Origin: an uncultured Candidatus Actinomarina sp.
GTDB lineage: Bacteria > Actinomycetota > Acidimicrobiia > Actinomarinales > Actinomarinaceae
Reading direction: 5' to 3'
Length of the DNA stretch: 64,000 nt
Assembly: GCA_902604835.1 (NCBI GenBank)
Contig: CACKZW010000002.1
Location: forward strand, 17,515-81,514
The position numbers and the translations under genes were made by a program. The notes under the pieces are model-generated. The model saw only the letters and a program-made list of their open reading frames with translations, had not been told where the DNA came from and made no database searches. Shown here piece by piece: positions 1 through 7,294 of this stretch; the stretch's first letter is position 1, and every line of letters starts with the position of its first letter.

Positions 1-1
1 A

Positions 2-574
2 ATGAATGCTGGTAAAAGTACAAACTTACTTCAGTCTGCGCACAACTATGAAGAAAGAAACATGAAAACATTAATTTTTACTCCAAAACTTGATGATAGG
101 TTTGGAGAAGGAAAGGTTTCGTCTCGAATTGGACTTGAGAGGGATGTAGAAAAATTCGAAGGAGAAGATGATTTATATGTTTGGACAGCTCATGAACATC
201 AAAGAGAGAAAATCTCCTGTGTTTTAGTTGATGAAGCTCAATTTCTTACTCCAAAACAAGTACTCCAGCTCTCCTTAGTAGTAGATAAATTAAAAATACC
301 AGTCTTATGTTATGGCTTAAGAACTGATTTTAGAGGAGAACCATTTCCCGGAAGTATATATCTTTTAGGTTGGTCAGATGAAATAACTGAGTTAAAAACA
401 ATTTGTAAATCCGGAAAAAAAGCAACCTTTAATGCTCGATTAGATGAAAACGGAAACAGAGTTACAGAAGGCGACCAAATATCAATTGGTCTGAATTATG
501 AGGCTCAAGCTAGAGAGGTATTTGAATTAGATAAAGTTTCACCAATAGATTATCAAATCCCAGAAGCTAATTAG
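2..574 (+). CDS. tdk: Thymidine kinase, 5' end truncated by the window edge; structural Zn ligands mostly lost
   Basis: Walker A remnant MNAGKST, Walker B VLVDEAQF, CYGLRTDFRG motif; the protein normally begins about 10 aa earlier. Confidence 0.95.
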   Translation: MNAGKSTNLLQSAHNYEERNMKTLIFTPKLDDRFGEGKVSSRIGLERDVEKFEGEDDLYVWTAHEHQREKISCVLVDEAQFLTPKQVLQLSLVVDKLKIPVLCYGLRTDFRGEPFPGSIYLLGWSDEITELKTICKSGKKATFNARLDENGNRVTEGDQISIGLNYEAQAREVFELDKVSPIDYQIPEAN

Positions 575-576
575 TT

Positions 577-1056
577 TTAACTGGTTTCTAAAGGTGGCTC
601 AGGTCTTGTAGCTAACCAAACACAAAGGGCTATTCCAAATGAACCAAATATTAAATCTCCAACGAGTGAAAATACTAGAAATATGGTAACAACGAAGGTT
701 GGAATTATCATCAAAATAGCAAGCTTTTTAGCTCTTCTTGAAAGACCTCTGTATGTTTTCCAATTTAAAATCATTGGACCAAAAAGTCTATGATTTTCTA
801 ACCATAATGTAAATCTATCTGAGCATTTTGAGAAAGCCCATGCTGCAATCAAAATAAAAACAGTTGTGGGAAGGCCAGGAATTATTATTCCAATATAACC
901 AAGTGATAATGACAATACACCAAGCGTAAAGAAGAATGGCTTATGTATCTTGATAAAAACTTTTGGAAAAAACCTATAAAGAATAATCAAAACAAAAATA
1001 CCAACACCTATATATAAAAATAGATTTCTAGGAATTTGTTCTAAAAAGTTTGTCAT
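577..1056 (-). CDS. ybaN: YbaN/DUF454-family inner membrane protein
   Basis: LGYIGIIIPGLPTTVFILIAAWAFSKCS..F..WL.NHRLFGP.I.NW family motif; several TM segments. Confidence 0.85.
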   Translation of the reverse strand: MTNFLEQIPRNLFLYIGVGIFVLIILYRFFPKVFIKIHKPFFFTLGVLSLSLGYIGIIIPGLPTTVFILIAAWAFSKCSDRFTLWLENHRLFGPMILNWKTYRGLSRRAKKLAILMIIPTFVVTIFLVFSLVGDLIFGSFGIALCVWLATRPEPPLETS

Positions 1057-1097
1057 ATATTAATTATTAAGCAGATTGAAAATAATCATAAATTATA

Positions 1098-1811
1098 TCA
1101 GACGACAAATACTCTTTTTGCTATAAACTGATCAATACCAAAATAATCATTTTTATTTGTACTGATGGTTATTGAATAATCTCCTGCATCCGCAACATTA
1201 ATTGTTGATCCAGGAATCATTTCATGAGTTTGTAGAAAATCAATCATTGACGAGTCTTTTTTCAGCTCTTCTGTTATTTTTTCTATAGAGTAAGTTTTAT
1301 TTGATTCTACATTTAATAAACTCAACATACTTTTTTCTTGATAATTTGAATATGGAATAGGGTTTCCAAATGGACCTGTTTTTGGATAACCTAACATTTT
1401 TAACATTGCTTTTTCAGTAATCGGGCTTAAAACATTTTCCCATCTCGAGGTTTCTTCGTAAACCTGGTCCCAAGGTAAGTTCAATATCTCGGACAGAAAT
1501 CGTTCAGTTATTCTATGTCTTCTTGCAATATTCTTTGCAAGACATTCCCCAGTTTCAGTAAGTTTCAAGTCATCATTAAATTCAATTAAACCGCTGTTCT
1601 GCATTCTTCCAACTACTTGTGATACATTTGCTCTACTAACACCAAGCCACTCAGCAACACGAGTTTGTTTTATTTCAATACCGACTTCTTTCAGATGAAA
1701 TATGGCTTCAGCATGGGTATAAAATGATTTAGGAAATTTTTCTATCTCTTCATAGCTCAATATTTGATCTTCATTTGAGATATTTTGAGAGTTTAAATCA
1801 TCAATTTGCAT
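1098..1811 (-). CDS. DtxR/IdeR/MntR-family metal-dependent transcriptional regulator (HTH, dimerisation and FeoA-like domains)
   Basis: RVAEWLGVSRANVSQVV HTH; RRHRITERFL; PW..V.EE..RWE; PFGNPIP. Confidence 0.92.
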   Translation of the reverse strand: MQIDDLNSQNISNEDQILSYEEIEKFPKSFYTHAEAIFHLKEVGIEIKQTRVAEWLGVSRANVSQVVGRMQNSGLIEFNDDLKLTETGECLAKNIARRHRITERFLSEILNLPWDQVYEETSRWENVLSPITEKAMLKMLGYPKTGPFGNPIPYSNYQEKSMLSLLNVESNKTYSIEKITEELKKDSSMIDFLQTHEMIPGSTINVADAGDYSITISTNKNDYFGIDQFIAKRVFVV

Positions 1812-1819
1812 ATTGTAGA

Positions 1820-1841
1820 TATGTTAACAGGTATTAACATA
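1820..1841. promoter_or_regulatory. Palindromic operator TATGTTAA-CAGGTA-TTAACATA just upstream of the DtxR-family gene
   Basis: Perfect 8-bp inverted arms with a 6-bp spacer, 9-30 bp from the ATG; contains an extended -10-like TGnTAACAT on the minus strand; a second copy is at 3222-3243. Confidence 0.7.
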
Positions 1842-1860
1842 ATCGCCATTTTGAGAAATT

Positions 1861-1977
1861 CTAAAATACAGGACAACCTACAACTGCGGTAAGGGCAATA
1901 AAGGCTAACCATACTAATGGCTCAAACTTAGTTATTAACTTGGGGTTATCCTCTAATTCTTTAATATTGTTATCCAT
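1861..1977 (-). CDS. Putative 38-aa single-pass membrane micro-protein ending in GCPVF
   Basis: MDNNIKELEDNPKLITKFEPLVWLAFIALTAVVGCPVF; extended -10 TGnTAAAAT 7 nt before the ATG (leaderless pattern). Confidence 0.55.
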   Translation of the reverse strand: MDNNIKELEDNPKLITKFEPLVWLAFIALTAVVGCPVF

Positions 1978-1984
1978 TTCTTTT

Positions 1985-2005
1985 ATTTTAACATTGTTGT
2001 AAAAT
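1985..2005. promoter_or_regulatory. Back-to-back TAAAAT -10 hexamers (minus 1985-1990, plus 2000-2005)
   Basis: Each lies 6-7 nt before an ATG, matching the leaderless layout of other genes in this window. Confidence 0.55.
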
Positions 2006-2011
2006 AATAAT

Positions 2012-2116
2012 ATGGCATGTCCTTTTGCATATTTACTAGTAGCTTTTATGTGGGTAGTCCGTAATGGCGGAAAAATATTTCCACGCGCTTTATTCAAGCA
2101 ATTTTCAAAGATTTAA
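2012..2116 (+). CDS. Putative 34-aa membrane micro-protein starting MACPF (absent from the ORF track)
   Basis: Manual translation MACPFAYLLVAFMWVVRNGGKIFPRALFKQFSKI; TAAAAT-6nt-ATG; hydrophobic core then basic tail; overlaps the hemH 3' end by 23 nt. Confidence 0.5.
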   Translation: MACPFAYLLVAFMWVVRNGGKIFPRALFKQFSKI

Positions 2117-3134
2117 CTTTTAAACTTTCAGCATCATTAACTATGGAAATTATAAGATTTATAGTTTCTTCAGAATCATTTAAACAAGGTATGTAAGTCA
2201 TTTTTTCTCCACCTGCATCAAAAAAAGTTTTTCTTCCCCTGATGTCAATTTCTTCTAATGTTTCTAAACAATCTGAAATAAAAGAAGGACATAGAATTCC
2301 TATTGATGATTTACCTTCATTTGGTAAAGCTTCCAATCTCTTATCAGTAAAAGGAGTCAACCATCCTGGACCAATTCTTGATTGATATGCAATTTCCCAT
2401 TCTGTATCATTTAGACCTAACTCTTTTGCGATCTTAATTGAGGCTTGTACTGTGTGAGCCTTGTAACAATCAGCTGAACCAAGTTCTTCTACTTCGCAAC
2501 ATTCACTGCTAGCAAAACAGTGAGATCCAGTTTCGTCTGTCTTTTTTGCTTGCCTCTTTGGAATACCGTGGTAGCTGAATATTAACTTATCAAATTTTTC
2601 TTTATTGAGATATTTTTGAACAGAATTTGCAACAGCACTGATATATTTTTGATTTTTGTAAAAGGGTTTTATATATACCAATTCAGCATCAGGAATAATT
2701 TCTTTTGCGATACGATCCACTTCTACTTGAGTAGTAATAGTAGTTGACATAGCATTATGAGGATAAAGCGGTAAAACAAAGATTTTGTTATAACCTTTAG
2801 ATTGTAAATTTTTAAGCGCTGACTCAATACATGGCTCTTCGTATCTCATCGCAACTTCTACATGCCAATCTGTTTTTCTTGATAACTTTTCCTTAATTTT
2901 TAATGTCGAAATTATAAGTGGGGAGCCTTTATCTGTCCAAATTTGTGAATATGCATGTAATGTTTGTTTAGGCCTAAAAGGTAAAATGAATAACTTTAAA
3001 ATAAGTTGTTGAAGAAATTTTGGTATGTCAACTACATAGTCATCAGATAAGAAAATATTTAAATATTTTCTAACACTTTTTTTGTTTAAGTCTCTAGGTG
3101 AACCTAAATTAACAAGAAGAACAGCTTTTTTCAT
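2094..3134 (-). CDS. hemH: Ferrochelatase of protoporphyrin/Gram-negative type, with an internal C-x5-CC-x9-C segment
   Basis: LLVNLGSP, FLSD..VVD, AMRY, FSYHGIP, YQSR.GP, PSF.SDCLETLEEI motifs. Confidence 0.95.
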   Translation of the reverse strand: MKKAVLLVNLGSPRDLNKKSVRKYLNIFLSDDYVVDIPKFLQQLILKLFILPFRPKQTLHAYSQIWTDKGSPLIISTLKIKEKLSRKTDWHVEVAMRYEEPCIESALKNLQSKGYNKIFVLPLYPHNAMSTTITTQVEVDRIAKEIIPDAELVYIKPFYKNQKYISAVANSVQKYLNKEKFDKLIFSYHGIPKRQAKKTDETGSHCFASSECCEVEELGSADCYKAHTVQASIKIAKELGLNDTEWEIAYQSRIGPGWLTPFTDKRLEALPNEGKSSIGILCPSFISDCLETLEEIDIRGRKTFFDAGGEKMTYIPCLNDSEETINLIISIVNDAESLKVKSLKIA

Positions 3135-3200
3135 AAGATAATTAATTGTAACTTTTTATTTCAAAAATAAGTAATCAGGAGGCTAATAAAAAAAATTATA

Positions 3201-3243
3201 AAATAATTACTATTAACTTTATTTGTTAACTACTATTAACAAA
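3201..3243. promoter_or_regulatory. Operator TTTGTTAA-CTACTA-TTAACAAA (3222-3243) plus a degenerate tandem copy (3201-3218) between hemH and futA
   Basis: 15/18 identity to the site at 1822-1839; TACTATTAAC is repeated 23 bp apart; ends 23 bp upstream of the futA ATG. Confidence 0.7.
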
Positions 3244-3266
3244 ATATAAGCTAATAAAGGTAAAAA

Positions 3267-4382
3267 ATGAACAAAAAATTTATTGCTTTGATTTCTGTAA
3301 TGATCATGGTTTTTGCAGCATGTGCCGCCGAAGGCGAGCAAGGTGAAGCAGGACCAGCAGGCGAAGCAGGGCCAGCAGGGCCAGCAGGCGAGGTTTCTCA
3401 AGAAGCTATTGACGCTGCTGTTGAAGCTGCTCTGGCTGAACCTGAGGCAGAAGTTGGAGGGACACTTGTTATTTATAGTGGTAGAAAAGAAAGCTTAGTT
3501 GCTGATGTAATTGCTGCTTTTGAAGCTACTTCAGGAGTAAAAGTTGAAGTTAGATATGCAAAAAGTGCTGCACTAGCTGGGACTTTAGAACTTGAAGGTG
3601 CAATTAGCCCAGCAGATGTTTTTCTTTCACAAGATCCAGTAAGTCTAGGCGTTGTAGCCAAAGCAGGTCTATTTGATAGATTACCAGCTGATTTACTTGA
3701 TAACGTCCCATCATGGGCTGTTGACAAAAATGGTTTTTGGGTAGGTACATCAGGAAGATCTCGATCTTTAGTTGTTGACACAAGAGATGTAACAGATGCC
3801 GAATTACCTTCTGATATTTATGGTTTAAATGATGAAAAATTTAGAAATAGATTGGGACTTGCACCAACAAACTCATCTTTTATTGCAATGATTGCATGCA
3901 TGATTGAGTCTGATGGTGAAGAAAAAGTTCTTGAGTGGTTAACTGCTATCAATGGACTGGGATATACAGAATATCCAAAGAACTCACCTCAAGTTGCTGC
4001 CGCAGCTGCAGGTGAACTAGACATTGGAATGATTAATCACTATTACACATTGAGAACATTGGCTGAAGCTGGTGATACTCCTATTAAGAATGTGTTTTTA
4101 GATGGTGGTTGTGGTGCAATGGTGATGCCAGCAGGTGCAGGTGTTTTGTCAACTAGTCAAAACAAACCAGCAGCTTTAGCATTTATTGAATATTTACATT
4201 CAACAAGTGCTCAAGAGCATTTTACTAATACCGTATATGAGTTCCCTCTCGTACCAGGTGTAACACCAAATGCATTATTACCAGATATAAACAGTTTGAA
4301 TTCTCCATCGAATTTAAATTGGTCAGCGTTAGCACTTTGGCAGGAAAAAGCTGTTGAATTGATTGCGCAGGCAGGTTTCTAG
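3267..4382 (+). CDS. futA: Fe3+ ABC transporter substrate-binding lipoprotein (FutA/FbpA-like) with a collagen-like linker
   Basis: Lipobox FAAC (C19); LVIYSGR, SPADVF, GRSR, GMINHYY iron-binding tyrosine pair. Confidence 0.88.
   Translation: MNKKFIALISVMIMVFAACAAEGEQGEAGPAGEAGPAGPAGEVSQEAIDAAVEAALAEPEAEVGGTLVIYSGRKESLVADVIAAFEATSGVKVEVRYAKSAALAGTLELEGAISPADVFLSQDPVSLGVVAKAGLFDRLPADLLDNVPSWAVDKNGFWVGTSGRSRSLVVDTRDVTDAELPSDIYGLNDEKFRNRLGLAPTNSSFIAMIACMIESDGEEKVLEWLTAINGLGYTEYPKNSPQVAAAAAGELDIGMINHYYTLRTLAEAGDTPIKNVFLDGGCGAMVMPAGAGVLSTSQNKPAALAFIEYLHSTSAQEHFTNTVYEFPLVPGVTPNALLPDINSLNSPSNLNWSALALWQEKAVELIAQAGF
3333..3395 (+). repeat. Seven Gly-X-Y triplets (GEQ GEA GPA GEA GPA GPA GEV)
   Basis: Locally GC-rich repeats such as gcagggccagcagggccagca, directly after the lipidated Cys. 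Confidence 0.9.
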
Positions 4383-4422
4383 TCAGTCATTAAATTAACT
4401 AGTAAGCTCGAAACCGAATAAG

Positions 4423-4459
4423 ATTCTGGCCAAGGAAACTTGGCCAGAATTTTTCTTTT
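4423..4459 (+). terminator. Intrinsic terminator between futA and futB
   Basis: 12-bp perfect stem ATTCTGGCCAAG-GAAA-CTTGGCCAGAAT followed by TTTTCTTTT. Confidence 0.9.
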
Positions 4460-4478
4460 AATAACTTAAAATCATAGA

Positions 4479-4484
4479 TATCCT
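4479..4484 (+). promoter_or_regulatory. -10 hexamer TATCCT for a leaderless futB transcript
   Basis: TAnnnT 7 nt before the GTG, downstream of the terminator; no SD. Confidence 0.5.
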
Positions 4485-4491
4485 TATAAAT

Positions 4492-6048
4492 GTGAGGATC
4501 CCAAAAACTCTGTTAACAATAAATTCGCTAATTTTAGTAATATTTATTTCTCCTGTAATTTATATGCTTTGGAGATTTCTTAATTTTTCAAGATCTATTT
4601 CCAGTTTTTTCGAATCATGGGATGTTTTTGGTTTAGTGTTTAATACATTAATAGTATTTTTTGCTGTTGTATTTTCAAGCTTGATAATTGGTTTAATAAT
4701 ATCAATTATCACCGTAAGGTTTGATTTTCCTGGATCAAAAATCTTATTCACTTTGTGTGCACTTCCATTAGTTATACCCTCATATATAGGGGCCTTGACA
4801 TATATTTCAGCATTTTCTCCCAAAGGATTATTCGTTCAAATTTTTAACAGGTACGGCATTAATGAAATCGCTGGAATAGAGGGTTTTTTAGGAAGTTGGT
4901 TAGTTTTAACTTTGTTTACTTACCCTTACGTACAGCTCATTTGCACAAGTGCATTGAGGAATCTTGATTCAACAGTTGAAGATGCTGCCCGTTCTCTCGG
5001 CGTAAATCAATTCAAGGTCTATACGAATGTTGTTATTCCCCGGCTTAAAAAGCCCATAATATATTCTGGATTATTGGTGGGACTTTATGTTATTTCTGAT
5101 TTCGGAGCAGTTTCATTAATGCGATATTCTACAGTTACGAAAGCTATTTATGCATATTATGAATTGAGCATACTTGGAGACCCTGTAATATTTTACTCAA
5201 GCCTTCTAATTGTTCTAGCCTTAATAATTAGTTTTGCTCAAAGAGGATCTGATACCTCAAGGTCTGCAAAAGTATCAGGAACGCCAAGAATACCAAAAAA
5301 AATATTACTTAATGGTAAAGGGAAATTAATTGCTTACTCGTTTCTAGGCCTTGTAGTTTTTCTTGGCTTGATTATTCCAATTTCTGTATTGAGCTTTTGG
5401 TTATTAAGAGGAATTTATTATGGGAACGATGTTAGTTCTTCAATTCCTGGAATCCTTGGATCTTTTTCAGCTGCGATAACAACCTCATTTTTTGCAATAA
5501 TTATAGCTATGCCTATCGTAATTTTGATATCTCAATACAAATCTAGATTTGGTGACCTCCTTGAAAAGATAATGTTGTCTCTTTATGGATTACCTCATCT
5601 CGCAGTAGGTGTTTCAATATTATTCATCTCCATAAAATTATTTCCTACTATTTATCAAAGTTTTTTTGCACTAGTAATTTCCTATTTGATTGTCTTTTTA
5701 CCTCAGGCAATAGGTGGAGGTCAAGCTTCAATGGAACAAGTGAAGTCATCCTATATTGAGGCAAGTCTTGGCCTTGGACAGTCAAAAATAGATACATTTA
5801 GAAAAATTACTTTCCCATTAATATATAGAGGTTTATTTGCTGGTGGTGCACTTGTTTTTCTTTCAACAATGAAAGAGTTACCTCAGACCTTGCTACTAAG
5901 ACCAACAGAATTCAGCACTATGGCAGTTGACGTATGGTCATTTGCATCTGAAGCGTTATTTACTCAAGCTGCATTTTCCGCCTTTATATTGTTGGCAATA
6001 AGTGCAATTCCGACTTATATATTAAGTACTAGGAATTTAGAGGTTTAA
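4492..6048 (+). CDS. futB: Iron ABC transporter permease (FutB/FbpB-like)
   Basis: Two EAA-type loops (EDAARSLG, EASLGLG); PLVIPSYIGA; MKELP.TLLLRP. Confidence 0.9.
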   Translation: MRIPKTLLTINSLILVIFISPVIYMLWRFLNFSRSISSFFESWDVFGLVFNTLIVFFAVVFSSLIIGLIISIITVRFDFPGSKILFTLCALPLVIPSYIGALTYISAFSPKGLFVQIFNRYGINEIAGIEGFLGSWLVLTLFTYPYVQLICTSALRNLDSTVEDAARSLGVNQFKVYTNVVIPRLKKPIIYSGLLVGLYVISDFGAVSLMRYSTVTKAIYAYYELSILGDPVIFYSSLLIVLALIISFAQRGSDTSRSAKVSGTPRIPKKILLNGKGKLIAYSFLGLVVFLGLIIPISVLSFWLLRGIYYGNDVSSSIPGILGSFSAAITTSFFAIIIAMPIVILISQYKSRFGDLLEKIMLSLYGLPHLAVGVSILFISIKLFPTIYQSFFALVISYLIVFLPQAIGGGQASMEQVKSSYIEASLGLGQSKIDTFRKITFPLIYRGLFAGGALVFLSTMKELPQTLLLRPTEFSTMAVDVWSFASEALFTQAAFSAFILLAISAIPTYILSTRNLEV

Positions 6049-6050
6049 AA

Positions 6051-7076
6051 ATGGTATTTGATAATTTAATTATTCGAGCTAGATCATTATCAAAATCTTA
6101 TGGCGACGAAACCGTATTAGAAGACTTCAATATTGATATTTGGTATGGTTCAATTTTTGGAATCCTAGGTGTTTCCGGATCTGGTAAAACAACAGCTTTA
6201 AGACTATTGGCTGGATTTGAGAATCCTGACGAGGGAACAATTGAAATGCATAATAAAGTAATTTATGACAAAAAAATTAATATTCCACCAGAGGAGAGAA
6301 AAATTGGTATGGTTTTTCAGGATTACGCTCTTTTTCCTCATTTAACTGTTGAAAAAAATATTGCCTTCGGTCTTTCAAAGGACGAAATTAAAAATGGAAG
6401 ATTAGAAGAAATAATCAACATGACTAACTTACAACTATATAGAAATAAATATCCACAAGATATTTCTGGAGGCCAACAACAAAGAGTATCTATTGCAAGA
6501 GCCTTAGCCCCAAAACCAGAAGTCATATTATTGGATGAACCTTTTACAAGTTTAGATGCACAAATGGCTAGGGACTTAAGAGAAGAGGTTGTTTCTTTAT
6601 TGAGAGCAACAAAAACTACCGGAATTATCGTTACACATGATCAAGAAGAAGCACTATCAGTTTGTGATATTGTAAGTGTCCTTGAAAACGGAAAAGTCAT
6701 ACAAAGTGCAACCCCGCAAGAGATTTACTTAAACCCTATTAGTCAAACAGTAGCAAACTCAGTCGGTGATCCAAATATTATAAAAGGAACCTCTACAAAT
6801 GGAAGAGTAAAAACTTCGCTTGGTACATTCAATTCAGCATATGACGGAGACTTAGATGTATCAATTAGGCCAGAATGTATAGAAGTTAATTTAGACTCTA
6901 ATGGGGATTACATTGTAAAGGAATGTATATTCTATGGACATGATCAAGTGATCTCATTTGAAAATAAAAATGGTGAAGTTTTTAGAGCAAGATCCTTACC
7001 TTCAATGATTTTTGAGCCAGGGGATCAAGTATGTATCGATGTAACCGAAGTTACTACTTTTCCCTCAAAGCGCTGA
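6051..7076 (+). CDS. futC: Iron ABC transporter ATPase (FutC/FbpC-like)
   Basis: GVSGSGKT, VFQDYALFPHL, ISGGQQQR, LLDEPF; operon context. Confidence 0.88.
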   Translation: MVFDNLIIRARSLSKSYGDETVLEDFNIDIWYGSIFGILGVSGSGKTTALRLLAGFENPDEGTIEMHNKVIYDKKINIPPEERKIGMVFQDYALFPHLTVEKNIAFGLSKDEIKNGRLEEIINMTNLQLYRNKYPQDISGGQQQRVSIARALAPKPEVILLDEPFTSLDAQMARDLREEVVSLLRATKTTGIIVTHDQEEALSVCDIVSVLENGKVIQSATPQEIYLNPISQTVANSVGDPNIIKGTSTNGRVKTSLGTFNSAYDGDLDVSIRPECIEVNLDSNGDYIVKECIFYGHDQVISFENKNGEVFRARSLPSMIFEPGDQVCIDVTEVTTFPSKR

Positions 7077-7259
7077 ATTAATTTTTGAAATTTTACCTGC
7101 AATATTTTGTAAATCGCTTTCTATTTCAGCTAATCTCTCTTTTGCTCTTTTATTAGAATTTTCTGATATAAATTCCCTTGATGAGGATAGAGATTTTGAG
7201 ATAACCTCAATTTCATTAAGCATTTTTTGGATTTCTTGATACATTTCTTGTTTATTCAT
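7065..7259 (-). CDS. Small (~64 aa) soluble coiled-coil hypothetical protein
   Basis: MNKQEMYQEIQKMLNEIEVISKSL...LAEIESDLQNIAGKISKINSAL heptad pattern; the ORF track starts at 7286 but the second Met is preferred. Confidence 0.6.
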   Translation of the reverse strand: MNKQEMYQEIQKMLNEIEVISKSLSSSREFISENSNKRAKERLAEIESDLQNIAGKISKINSAL

Positions 7260-7294
7260 AATTAAGTAGATGTTTGTAAATTCCATATTAATAT

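Noticed and set aside
2012-2093. GC-richer patch checked as a SAM-II/SAM-V or other riboswitch
   Set aside because: Only a short GGAAA/TTTCC stem, and motif fragments are out of order. Coding explains the composition better.
1861-2097. 78-aa minus-strand ORF from the ORF track
   Set aside because: The first 40 codons look non-coding and are antisense to the MACPF ORF. The internal ATG at 1977 has a promoter and gives a coherent TM peptide.
3219-3781. Short ORFs overlapping futA (3219-3401, 3313-3498, 3473-3781)
   Set aside because: Shadow frames produced by the GC-rich GXY repeat and futA codon usage.
4383-4422. Possible small RNA between the futA stop and the terminator
   Set aside because: Only 3-5 bp stems; no recognisable family.
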